A stretch of 64,000 bases of DNA from Octopus sinensis. Lineage: Eukaryota. This document shows positions 26,226-38,759 of this stretch, piece after piece (positions within the stretch are counted from its first letter, which is position 1; each line of letters begins with the position of its first letter). The stretch is from contig NC_043003.1 of NCBI RefSeq assembly GCF_006345805.1, positions 62,186,001-62,250,000 on the forward strand. The letters are read 5' to 3'. Below the pieces are notes generated by a model. The model was not told where the DNA came from. It worked only from the letters and a program-made list of their open reading frames with translations, and did not search any database. The translations under genes were made by a program, and so were the position numbers.

Positions 26226-27338
26226 CATTGATACTCAGAAAATTCCATTACGCTCCTGGGGGAGAAACTTGAAGTAGTTGATAGTTTCCACTACCTAGGT
26301 GACCAAGTTAGTAGCAGGGGTGGATGCTCAGAGAGTGTTACCACTAGAATAAGAATAGCCTTGGCAAAGTTTAGGAAGCTTCTTCCCTACTGGCGACAAA
26401 GGGTCTCTCGCTCAGAGTGAAAGGTAGATTGAATGACGCATGTGTGTGAACTGCCATGCTTCATGGTAGTGAAACATGGGCCGTGACTGCGGAGGCTATG
26501 CATAGGCTCAAAAGAAATGAAGCTAACATGATCCGCTGGATGTGTAATGTCAATGTTCTGCATGACAGCGTGTAAGCGCCCTGAGAGAAATGTTGGGCCT
26601 AAAAAGCATTGGATGCAGCATGCAGGAGAGACGTTTGCATTGGTATGGTCATGTACTACGGATGGATGAGGAGAGATGTCTGAAGAAGTGCTACTCCCAA
26701 ACAGTTGAAGGAATCCAGGGTAGAGGTAGACGCAGGAAGACATGGGATGAGGTGGTCAAGCATGACCTTTGTACATTGAGCCTCACAGAGGCTATGACGA
26801 AAGACTGAGACCTCTGGAGATATGCTGTGACTTCGAAGACCCGACAAATGATGTGAGACCATGGCTTGCAGGATGGCCTGCTGTGCTAACCTTGGATCGT
26901 AGAGTGACCCGCTGTTCTTGAGGAGACCTATTGTGTCAAGTACATCAACACCAACATCAAAATGAAAATCAAATGGAAATTGTAGTTAAGATATCTGTGC
27001 TGGTGACACGTTAAAAGCACCATCTGAACATGGCAGTTGCCAGCGCTACCTGACTGGTGTCCATGTCGGTGACACGTAAAAGCACCAACCGATTGTGGCC
27101 ATTTGCCAGCCTCATCTGGCCCCTGTGCCGGTGGCACGTAAAAAGCACCCACTACACTCTTGGAGTGGTTGGCGTTAGGAAGGGCATCCAGCTGTAGAAG
27201 CACTGCCAGATCAGACTGGAGCCTAGTGCAGCCTCCTGGCTTCCCAGTCCCCGGTCAAACCGCCCAACCCATACTAGCATGGGAAACGGACGTTAAACGA
27301 TGATGATGATGATGATGATGATGACGATGATGATGATG
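26221..27338 (+). mobile_element. RTE 5'-truncated copy (family A) flanked by (TA)n on both sides
   Basis: Contains KLEVVDSFHYLGDQV, the ORF2 C-terminus (ORF 26590-26808), 3' UTR units and an (ATG)n tail at 27299-27338. Confidence 0.9.
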
Positions 27339-27356
27339 ATATATATATATATATAT

Positions 27357-27580
27357 GTATGTATGTGTGTTTGTTTCCTTCCATCACTTGACAATCAATG
27401 TTAGTGTGTTTATGTCCCTGTAACTTAGCAGTTTGGCAAAAGAGGCTAATGGAATAAGTACCTTACTTGGAAACATGTGAGGGTTGGTGACAGGTGGGGA
27501 ATCTGGCTGTAGAAAATCCACCTCAGGAAATTCTGTCTGACCTATGCAAGTATGGAAAAATGAACATTAAACTGATGAAG
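27357..27580 (+). mobile_element. SINE 3' half with mosaic tail
   Basis: The first part matches the middle of the 58632/61764 SINEs (GTGTGTTTATGTCCCTGTAACTTAGCAGTTTGGCAAAAGAG...AATAAGTAC). The second part matches the RTE-like tail of 23462-23742. Confidence 0.75.
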
Positions 27581-27750
27581 ATCATATGTATAATATGTGT
27601 GTGTGTGTGTGTGTGTATGTATGTAAATATATATAATATGTACATATATGTGTGTGTATATATATGTATATATGCATAGATGCATACATATATACATGTA
27701 TATATATGTCTATATCTATCTATCAGTCTCTCTCTCTCTCTCTCCCCCTG

Positions 27751-27787
<37 letters not shown>

Positions 27788-29130
27788 GAATTTATGTAAA
27801 TATATATTTATTTTAGTCTCTTAAGAAGCTGGTTTCTAAATCATATACCATCTCAGTTATTGGAATTTATATTTAAACAACGCTATAGATGTCTACTATT
27901 TGACTTTACTGAATATATGTTAGATGCTTTATTTTTATGGTAGTGCCCCTCGACTTATTTTGAATAATTAGTAAAGTAACCAAGTTTGCCAAAATATACA
28001 GGTTAAAACATAAGTTTATGATCTGCATAGAGAATTTGCTGGTTTCAAAGCATTTGTCAATAAATTTTCTCATTCTCATTGATTTTGAATGAAATGTTGA
28101 CATCTGCTGGGCAGCTGGCATCTACCGTAGTTCATGATTTTTGTTTTCTGTCCTAAATAAATATGTCAGACCTGTTGTGTTTGCTTTCATTGGAAGTTTT
28201 GTTTGGAATTTTCCATCAATATTCTCTGTGTAGGAATGTATGACTGTACTCAATACCAGAAATATTTTCCTATATTTACCCCAGGAAAGTCCATATGGAT
28301 GTTATTATATACTGTGTTGTCAAGAAAAGGAAAAATAATAATTGATAACATACATTGCACAGTAGCTTTTGACCACGTGTGTAATGTATTCCATAGATAT
28401 ATGACATAAATGACATTTGAGTTACAACATGAGACTTCACTATTTCTTTTGTTCATATGTATGTATGTATGTATGTATGTGTGTGAGTGGGAAAGAGAGA
28501 GAGAGAGAGAGAGATTATATGTGACTTTTTCTTTCACTCTGTCATCCCCCTCTCTCTCATATTACTCTGCTGATAGGTCTTTCTCTTAGTGTCTCTATCT
28601 GTGAATATTTATTGACAAAGGAGACTTGCCATGTTTTAGTTTGGCAACCCATGAATGCTGTGTATCTCCTTATTTTGTGGAGATGCATATGTTTGCCTGT
28701 CTTGGCTAAGTGAATATTTATTTTCTTATGCTACTTTTATTTTTGCAGTTAAGCCATCAGTTTTAAACAACAAATTGCTCTCTTTCTCTATTGGACACCA
28801 GTCCAAGAACAACCATCTACAGGAATGCTGCTACCCAACAACCAGATCATACTCACCCTTATATTAACATGTGTAACATGTTATCTTCACACCCACATTT
28901 ACACACATATTTCTTTCACATACTAGAAGAAAACCTGCTTACTTGGCTGTTTTTTACAACTCCTTTTGATATGTTTATACATTGTGTGTACATGTACGCC
29001 TCCGTGTGTGTGTGTGCGTGAGGCTGATATGCCAGGTCAAAGATAGGACCTAGTATTCATTTCAGAAGTTGCTCCTTGTCCTACTTCACACGTGTTCTCC
29101 GTAGTGTGCAAGACTAAAGAAATGCAACTT

Positions 29131-29180
29131 ATACATACATACATACATACATACATACATACATACATACATACATACAT

Positions 29181-29214
<34 letters not shown>

Positions 29215-29260
29215 TCACATACACACACACACACATACATACTTACATATATACATACAA
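29131..29260. repeat. (TACA)n/(CA)n compound microsatellite
   Basis: Direct reading. Confidence 0.95.
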
Positions 29261-29261
29261 A

Positions 29262-30300
29262 TAGTGCAGATGGCCTTCAAATGCTGTATGGTATCATTCA
29301 AGATCACCTGCTAAACAACAGCAGCAAAAATAAATATATTAATGTAGTCCTGAAAAGTGAAGTGAGCAACATTGCATGAGTTGGCAGTGAACTACTCAAG
29401 AAACACTCTCTTCCTGATGATCTCCGAGACAGCCCCAAAACAGCTGGGTTCTCTTACCTCAGAAAAGACCTGGATGGAAAGTATTCAGCATACAAAAAAA
29501 AAAAAGACCACATATGGTTATGTTGTCCGGAAGCTTGAAGAAGACAGTAGAATTGATACAAAGTGCAGCCTCTCTTGGACACAAGACCACTACATCACAT
29601 CACACTTTAAAGGCTATGTGTTTGCAATCCAGGAACAAGAGATTGTCACAAAGTACCTGGTGTACAAGAGAGACAGTAATGCTCTTGTAATCCCAAGGTG
29701 CAACTGCATGTGTAGGCTATGTCATGTTTCTGTGGAAGATATTATGCATGGGATTAGCAGCTGTCCTAAAATATCATCATGGTACTACCTCCCTATGTGG
29801 CACAATGTTGTTGCTAAAACAATTTACAATGCCATCCACAAAAAAGATTGTCCTGAAATAAACTTAGAAAATCCCTCTGTTATGGAATACATTCATAAAC
29901 ACCAACCCAAGGAATACTGGTGGAATATTCCCATCTAAACGTCTGTCAAATGTAAACATAACAAGCCAGATATTGTTGTTTGGAACAGAGGAGCAAAGGT
30001 ATGTACCATCATAGAAGTTAGCTACCCTGCAGATATACATATCTCTTTAAAAATCAAAGAAAAAGAGGATATCTATGGACAACTGCTTTGAAGCCTCCAG
30101 CTTCTATATCCAGACTATGAATTCATATTCATATCAATAATAATTGAAGCACTAGGTTTTGTTAGTAAATGCTTAAAGGAGAATCTGGATAAACTGAGAT
30201 TTTCAGAAAAAGAAGCTGACCGGCTAATTTGTACATTAGAAGTTCAATCTGTGAGTAGAAAAGTAAAAATATGCAAGACTTTTCTCCAGTTCCAAATGTG
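29262..30300 (+). mobile_element. RLE-type non-LTR retrotransposon 3' fragment (CCHC zinc knuckle + restriction-like endonuclease; R4/Dong-like)
   Basis: ORF 29372-29938 contains GYVFAIQEQEIVTKYL and CRLCHVSVEDIMHGISSC (C-x2-C-x7-H-x4-C). Reading through the stop at 29936 gives HNKPDIVVW...CTIIEVSYP...KIKEKEDIY and ...VKICKTFLQFQM*. Confidence 0.9.
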
Positions 30301-30589
30301 AATTTGTCTGTGTTAACTACATCCCAAAGATGGAGCCTTGTATCTTTGTTGGAAAGTGGATCCCTCCTCAGTGGAAGATTTATAATCAATAGAAAATAGA
30401 AGAGACAACATATATATATATATAGGGACCACTCACTTGAGTCGATAGCAATAGGGTTGCTAACACATATAAAAATATAAAAGCAGGACGGGCAGTTGGT
30501 AATCAGAAATAGTTGCTGATGCATTAAAAATGTCAATCAGATTTGGACCAAAACTAGTCGCTTGCATAGTCTGTCATATAATACAGGAA

Positions 30590-30830
30590 AAAGACACACC
30601 CTATCAACCCAAATGAGATGCAGTTCAGCATTGTACCAGGGAAGAGATTCTGCTGATGCCATCTTTTTAGTGGGACAGCTGCAGGAGTAGAATTTAGCTA
30701 AGAGTATAAATCTGTACCTAATTAGCAGTGGTACAGGCTAAAAGCTTTGTACTCAGAGAAAGAATGGAGTAGAGGAAGTTCAAGAAATTATTACCTCTGC
30801 TGGCAAGCAAGAGTTTTTTTCTCAGAGTGA
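30590..30830 (+). mobile_element. RTE RT remnant
   Basis: Reads NEMQFSIVPG, ADAIFLVGQLQE*NLAK and FKKLLPLLASK; homologous to the 14821 copy. Confidence 0.7.
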
Positions 30831-31344
30831 AGGACTTTATATTATTTGTGTATTTTGTGCAATATTACATGGTATCAAAATATGATCCTTGAATGTAGAG
30901 GATTCGCAAAAACTGGTGAGAAGTTTAGTAAATATGCTTTGCTAGTTGTGTATTGTTAGTGTACATAAATGATGGGGTACCAATAAACCTAGAGAAAAAG
31001 TGGATACAAGAAGATTTATATTTTGTGTGTAAGAGAGAAAACTGTGATTGTGTGGGCATATAATATATATAGACAATAGCTGTATACAATTATATGTACT
31101 TAATGTCATCTCCTAGGTCTCCATTTTCAACAGGTTCCATCCTCTTTGAGTACCCAGCTTTGAAATCTGTGGAAAAGGGAGATCTAGGGAGAAATGAGAT
31201 TAAATGGTGAAGACTGATCTGAAGATACTGAACCTTATGAAAAAGATAACAAGGGACCATGTTGATTAGCAGTTGGCATTCTTGGAATTATCTACCTTCC
31301 TGCTCAATACAGTAGGCTCAAATCCTAAAACATATTGTTTATAC

Positions 31345-32385
31345 ATGTTTGCATGTTCCATGCTGGTACGGATTAGATGGTTTGAGGGTATCTGATGAGT
31401 CTAAGGTCTAAATCATGCTCCAGTGTCTGTTTTGGCCTGGTTTCTATGTTTCAATGCCCTTTCTAATGCTAATCACTTTATTGATTGTACTGGGTGGGGT
31501 GGGGGGGGGGTGCCACCAGCACAAGTGAGTTTGCCATGAAGCTTAGAAGACAATAAATCCTGAGGGAAGGGATTGGATTTATGCTACGAGATGAGGGATT
31601 GAAATATGAGACAAAGGAGCAGGGCAGGTTTCTTGCTATAGAGGATACACATGGCTCCTCTCATTTAGAAGAAAAGGTGAGATTGGTGGATGGAGATGTA
31701 AGATATAAAATAGTGGTGTTGAGGTGTTTGGGTGGCTCCTCAAGATACATGGTGAGTGAAAATGAGTAGGGATATAGGAACCAGGAGTTTGGATTGGGAG
31801 ATGCAAGTGTAAGGGATAAGAAATGGGTGGGGAGGTAGACAATAACTGTAAAGATTGGGTAGGGTTGAAGAGTGGATGTAGTGAATGATGTATAAGAGGT
31901 GGAGGATTACTAATGAGTTAAGGGAGGCAGAGGGACGCAGAAAGAAGCAGGGGAAGAGTGGAATGATGGTAATGATGATAGAGTTGACAGGGGAAGAATG
32001 AGAAAGAGATTACATGTTGTTGGGTAAATTTCATGAGCGGTCATGAGAGATAGATAGACAGACAGACAGACAAAGAGGCAGGTGCAGTGAATGGTGAGTG
32101 ATGTATGGTAGTGAGGAAAAACAGGTAATTTGGTGGTCCTGTGGTGGCAGAGGTTATCCATGTAAAGTGTGGGTGGAAAGAACAGTATGACTGGATGAAG
32201 AAAGGATAACAAGTAAAGTGACTCTGAGTAACAAGAAAAATAAGCAGTGTCAAGGAAGAGCTTCCATGTGATAAATGATGAGTGGTGGGGTGTGATTTGA
32301 GAGGACATTAAATGAAAGGCCCATTTATACATAAACATACTCATGGTGGGATGATTTGAGATGGTGATTGGGTCAAGGGTACCAT
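31345..32385 (-). mobile_element. RTE family B 3' UTR with long purine-rich (plus-strand) tract
   Basis: RTE-like terminus at 31345-31500. The block GAGGGATTGAAATATGAGACAAAGG...TTTCTTGCTATAGAGGATACACATGGCT is shared with 7140-7270, 47690-47760 and 51800-51880. Confidence 0.7.
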
Positions 32386-32418
<33 letters not shown>

Positions 32419-32421
<3 letters not shown>

Positions 32422-33748
32422 AAGCTATGGACACATAAGATGTGCAGTAATATCAAAGGAAGGCTAACTGGAAAGATAGTTTTTGTATATGGCAGATGCT
32501 CGGGAGCAATAAACACTGAAAATGCGCAGAGAACAACTTCCGCCACATTCCAGAGAGAAAAACTAGAAGTAGTTGATAGCTACCATTACCTAGGTGACCA
32601 AGTCAGTAGCGGGGGAGGGTGTGCTGAAAGTGTAGCTGCTAGAATGAGAATAGCCTTGGCAAAATTCAAAGAGCTCTTACCTCTGCTGGTGACAAAGGGC
32701 CTCTCGCTCAGAGTAAAAGGTAGACAGTGAAACATGGGTTGTGACTGCTGAGGACATGTGTAAGCTTGCAAGGAATGAAGCCAGTATGATCCTCTGGATG
32801 TGTAATGTCAGTGTGCATACTCGACAGTGTAAGCACCTTGAGAGAAAAGTTGAACCTATGAAGCATCAGATGTGGTGTGCAAGAAAGGCGGCTGCACTGG
32901 TATGGCCATGTGGCGAGAATGGATGAGGACAGCTGTGTGAAAAAGTGCCACACTCTAGCGGTTGAGGGAATGTGTGGAAGAGGTAGACCTAGGAAGACCT
33001 GGGATGAAGTGGTGAAGCACGACCTTCGAACTTTAGGCCTCACCAAGAAACTGACTAGTGACCAAGAATTTTGGAAATATGCTGTGCTTGAGAAGACCTG
33101 GCAAGCCAAATGAGACCATAACCAGTCCACTTATGCATACCTTTTCCTTCTTTGGACACTAAACTCTGCTTGCAAAGACCTGTTGAGGCAAGTGAAATAG
33201 AAATCAAATTCGATAACTGGTATCCGTGCTAGTGGGGTGCAAAGGGCACCATACGAGTGTGATCATTGACAGAGCGGCTAACTGGCTTCCATGCCAGTGA
33301 CACATAAAAGGCACAATTCGAGTGGGATCGTTACCAGCGTCACCTTATTGGCACATGTGCCCCATGCTAGTAGGGTGCTAAGAGCACCATTCAACCGTAA
33401 TCATCGCCAGAGCGGCTAACTGGCTTCCGTGCCAGTGGCATGTAAAAGGCACCATTCGAGCATGATTGATAGCAGCGTTGCCTTATTGTCACTTGTGCCG
33501 GTGGCACATGTAAAAACATTCGAGTGAGTTCATTGCCAGTACTGCCTGACTGGCCCCTGTGCCGGTGGCACGTAAAAGCACCCACTACACTCTCAAGGTG
33601 GTTGGCATTAGGAAGGGCATCTAGCTGTAGGAACTCTGCCAGATCAAGATTGGAGCCTGGTGCAGCCATCTGGTTTGCCAGCCCTCAGTCAAATCGTCCA
33701 ACCCATGCTAGCAAGGAAAGCGGACATTAAACGATGATGATGATGATT
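32419..33748 (+). mobile_element. RTE 5'-truncated copy (family A) flanked by (TA)n on both sides
   Basis: Reads CKLWTHKMCSNIKGRLTGKIVF, LEVVDSYHYLGDQV and the ORF2 C-terminus (ORF 32877-33113), followed by a five-unit 3' UTR array and an (ATG)n tail. Confidence 0.92.
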
Positions 33749-33784
33749 ATATATATATATATATACATACATATTTATAATGAT

Positions 33785-33968
33785 TTCAGATTTTGGTTCA
33801 AGGCCAGAAAATTCAGGGGATGAGTAAGTCGATTACATCAACCTCAGTATTCAACAGATATTTATTTTATTGACCTTGGAAGGATGGAGGGCAAAGTCAA
33901 CCTTAGTGGAATTTGAATGAAAAACATAAAGGCAGATGAAATGCTGCTAAGCATTTCGCCCAGCTCAC
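33785..33968 (-). mobile_element. tRNA-derived SINE with Meta-domain-like core
   Basis: Reverse complement: GGGCGAAATGCTTAGCAGCATTTC...TTCAAATTCCACTAAGGTTGACTTTGCCCTCCATCCTTCCAAGGTCAATAAAATAA. This resembles the MetaSINE core (GCCTTTCATCCTTCCGAGGTCGATAAAAT). Confidence 0.7.
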
Positions 33969-33971
33969 CTA

Positions 33972-34013
<42 letters not shown>

Positions 34014-34039
34014 ATAATGCTTCCAAAATTCAGTTTTGC

Positions 34040-35345
34040 CTGAGTGGATGGGTCTTCCCATGAAAAATGCATTGTCAGTCATTCGAATCTCTTGTCATCT
34101 CTTCCATGAAGCTCAGGGTCCTGAGGTCAGCCTTCATCACATCATTCCATGTTTTTCTGGAGTTTCCTTTTTCTCAAGCTCCATGCATGTTAAATGTTTG
34201 GTACTTTTTTAAACAACTCTCCTCGTTCATACACATCACATGTCCATATCTGTGCAGTCTTTCTTGCACTCTACATCTTTTTTATCTTATGCCAATTTTT
34301 CTCTCAGCATATTTGTACTATGTTGTTCATGCAGAATTTGCACATCTAATGGAATATACTAACTTCATTTATTTCCAGTCTTCTCAAGTCCTCTGTATTC
34401 AAGGCCCATATTTCACTACAATATAGTATTGTTGTTCTAACACAAGTATAAATACAGTCTGCCTTTCTTTCTAAGGGAAAAGTCCTTTGTTGCCAACAAC
34501 AGAAGTAGCCTAACTTGCTCTAACTACTATACCTTTGGAGCAATCACCTCTGTTGGTAATGAAAGTTTTCAACTATTTCTAGTGAGCCATCTGGGTGTTC
34601 AAGAGTGTCTGTTTCTTGTGTGCTCATAGTACATAATACTCCAATGCATATATCTCTACTATTCTGCAAGAGATTGCATTATATCTCTTGTGTATACATA
34701 GCTTTCATTGGGTACAGCATATGAAGTTTATATTTATTCCTTATCAGCATCTTGAGCAAAGCCATTTCTTTGAAGTTTCTTCTCTACTTATTAAACCTTC
34801 ATCTTTACTAAATTTACCTTAAAACCTTTCAATTCCAGATTTCATTTCCATGCTTGGAATTTCCTTTCTAATTCCTACACAGATTCAGCTATGTGAATTG
34901 GATCATCAGTAAATAGGAGTTTCCATGGACAGCCAGTTGTAAACCCTTTGATATGACCTTTGGGACTATAATGAATCGAAGAGGACTGAGGACTGAGCCT
35001 TGATGGACTCTAACCCTCATGCCAAATTTGTTACTGAACCTGGTGTTGACTTTGACTCTACTTATTGTATCTTTGTATATAGCAAGTACAGCTCTCATAA
35101 GCTTTTTGTGAATACCTTATTTCTTTAATGACCACCAAATTACTGTACATGTTACCCTGTCAAATGCCTTCTCCAAATCAATGAATGCAAGAATAATGGT
35201 GTACTCTTAGCTGAGGATTTATCCTGTAATTGCCTCTAGTAATTTTATCCAAATTACCTCTTCCAGACATGAAACCAAATTGCATCTCATTTAGGTTTAC
35301 CCTGTCACTTTGACTCTTTCCATGACATTTATAACCAGGACAACT
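34040..35345 (-). mobile_element. Older RTE LINE fragment (RT to ORF2 end)
   Basis: ORF 34889-35098 reads YKDTISRVKVN...VRVHQGSVLSPLRFIIV. Nearby are IDLEKAFDR, CTQ*KLCIHKR and GKLQKNME*CDEG*PQDPELHG (decayed C-terminus). Confidence 0.85.
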
Positions 35346-38300
35346 TTGTGAGTGATGTATCCTAATTCTTTAGAACAAATGTCTCTGATCAAAAACTTGA
35401 ATAACATCCATTTTTTGTTTGTTCCAACAAATATTGGGCTTCCAGGAGAAAAAGTATTCTCCCTGAAAAGTGAATGGAATTTTGTGCATTCACTATATTT
35501 AATTTCACAGGAAAAGATTTCTTGAAACCACAAACAGACAAATGATCTGTCAAGTGTAGCCATTATCATTGCAATGGTTACACATCAGCAACATTGGAAA
35601 ACTGCTACTTCTGTAGTCTGTTTTGCTTGTGAGAGTTGCTTGTATTTTGGGCACTGCAACATTGTGGCTCATATTGTGGTCAACTATGTCCAAAGATACT
35701 AGGAAGCATACTTGGAAGAACATCTAAAATAAGTGCAGAAGAGCAAGTGATCATTGCCACTACCAACAAACCTACAGGAAGAAATTGAATAATGAAAGAA
35801 ACAACTTTCTCAGATTGCTATAATGTATCTCATACAATTTAACATTGCATATCATAGCACAACCAAGTGGAGGCATAATATATCTGGAGTATTGCAGCAT
35901 TCAGCTGGCTACCTACATTCTGTATGTTCATTAATATCGACATTGAATACACTACAACCTTTGTTATGCTGCCAACCTTGTAGATCAGTTTGAGAAATGG
36001 AGAATTGCTTCAAATCCTCAAAAAAATTATTGTTATTTTGTGGTTGCTATTGTTTAAGTGAATACTGATATTATCTTAGACAATGATATTGTAATAATCA
36101 AAAGTGAAGGCGTAGGACTCATTATCAAAATTGCCATTGGCACAAGTTATATAAATATGAAACCTGGATAAGATTTACAATGTAAGGAAAATTCTATGTT
36201 GCAGCCAACGCATTTAAATGTAATGGATTTTATGGACTCTACCTTTGATATTTCTTCAAATTATTGCTGAATATCTCACTTGAATGGTTTTTCTGAAGAC
36301 GTGGATATGATATAAACAGGTATTGAAAGTTATAGCATTTAAATGTTTGTATGAAATGAGCTGTGTTTTGGGGATACCTTGCTAGACACCTTGTTATAGT
36401 GTAGTTCTTGTTGTTTTGCATACATTATACAATCAATGTTGTCATATGATTTGTGTCTTATCATAACACTAGTTGTTGACCTCACTGGGTGTAGTTATTT
36501 TTCTAGTAGTTCAGCACTGTTAAAATGTACAAATTTTGTTGGTTTTGGAAAGATGTACACCAATAACAAAACAGGTTGAAAAGATCAGGAAAAGTGTTAA
36601 ATTTGTAGAACAATGTAAATCATATGAATAGGCAAAAAGGATGTAAAATATTTAGAAAATCTGAAAAACAACAAAAAGCATCTTTGTTTTACAAAGCAAT
36701 ACAAAATATTTAAACATATCATCAAAAGTAGGCTAATATCACTGAATTCTTTTTCAGCCTGATAATGTAATTGAAAAAAAAAAGTTCTATTGAGTACCAT
36801 TTGAATCATGATGGAATGAAATGTTTCTAAACTATTCATTATCTCTTCTTCTAAAGAATTAGCCAGTCACTTGAATAATGAGTCTAATGAACAGCTTCTT
36901 TCTATAACTGTTTACTTGTTAAAGCTTTAGATATTTGTTTTTTATCCCAAATTTTATAATTAATGTATTCTTGCTATTACTACTCTAATATAAATTAAAC
37001 ATATGAATAAGTTGTAATGGTTCAATTAGATTTTATTAGATATAATCTAACTTTTACCTCACATTTACTAGTAATTGTAATTCTTATAGATTTGAATAAC
37101 ATCTGAGGATACCTATTTATATTCTTTATTTACTCTGATTAATTAATTTGTTTTTAATTACATTTGTACCTGCAGCGTAATAATATTTTGCATTATAATC
37201 CATGAGATTATCTCTTTTTTTACATGATCTATTCAAAATAGAAAGTTGTAAATAAACTCATTCACAGTTATCAACTTAGAATTATTTCAGCAGGTTAAAT
37301 CTTAATATTTTAGCATAAATATTTGGCACCATCATATATGAGAGCTATGATTATAATTATTTGAAAAACTAATGCAAGGAAATGTTGAATAATTTCTAAG
37401 TAGTTATTATATAAATAAATAATAGTTCTTGAGTTGAAAGCATTGATCATTAAATCATTAGTTAAGATTCAGTCTATAACCATAAATTTTGGAATTACGA
37501 AAATAGAACTTATAATTAGAAATAATTACCTGCTTGTGAATAAAGTCAATTTCATGATCTAATTTTTCATGTCAGAATGGGTTGGATGGGCATAAAAATA
37601 TAATAATTTTTATGAATTGTTTGAGTTAAGCATTTTGAATATATTGAGATTTAACACTTAAAGGATATATTTTATCAGTTAAAAATGGCAATGTGAAATT
37701 TAGCATATTTATCAACAATAAACATACTGAGAGGTACCAAAGTTTTGGTACAAATGACTTTAACATTTTCACATCAGAATGAGCTTTTTATACAAATGAA
37801 TTTTAAAATATCTATTTCCTAGTCCCAAATTTGATCTTTCAAGTAACCCTAGGAAATTTTGTTCTTACAATAAATTATTGAAAGAAATAAAGGTATATTC
37901 ATTCCTCTCTTGCAGTAAAATGCTAAGTGTTGTTATTTCATGTAATTTAGTGACATGATGCAACACCTGGGAAGGTATTTAGGCATAACCCTTTCATAAT
38001 CATATTTCTGTTGAAATACACCACCTTTGCTTCAATAAGCAGCATGGAATTTTGATAGAAGGTTTTAATTTAAATCACTTTAAAAGAGGAAGTTTCCATC
38101 ACAGAACCAGTGACAGTCTCAGATAGTTTGGTACAAAAAGGAGTAAGCATCTTTGGTTAGTGACACAGTGTATCAGTCACTTGTATTGCTTTCCTTCAAA
38201 AATTAATATAGTTGTTTATTTATGATGAAGATAGCAATATTTTATAAAGGTTATTTGGCTTTTAAATGATTCACAAAGACTTTTATGGTCTATTTTAGTT

Positions 38301-38659
38301 AAAATGATAGTTGTAATGTCAGAACAAAATATTCATGAAAGAATATTAATTCTAGGTAAATTCAGTAGAGCTCTAGACAAATAGCTTGCCATATTTAGTC
38401 ATGTCCATTACCTTATGGGTTCATATCCTGTCTAGATCAAATTTGCCATTTATTTATTTATTTATCTATTTATTGCAGTTGATACCATTCATGTCTTGGA
38501 GTCATCTGTAAATTACATATGCCTTGTGCTTATATTAGAAATTTCTAGATGCCAGTTTTATATGTTCCTATATCAGAGTAAAAACAATACCAAAAAAAAA
38601 TGATCACACATATTGATTATCTCTCTCTCTCTCTTTCTCTCTCTCTCTATCTATCTATC

Positions 38660-38667
38660 TATATATA

Positions 38668-38723
<56 letters not shown>

Positions 38724-38759
38724 TATATATATCTATATATATATATATATATATATATA
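38660..38759. repeat. Interrupted (TA)n microsatellite preceded by (CT)n
   Basis: Direct reading. Confidence 0.95.

Noticed and set aside
33240-33590. Regularly spaced repeats that could be mistaken for a CRISPR array
   Set aside because: The units are tandem with homologous, not unique, spacers. They lie in a LINE 3' UTR in eukaryotic DNA and there are no cas genes.
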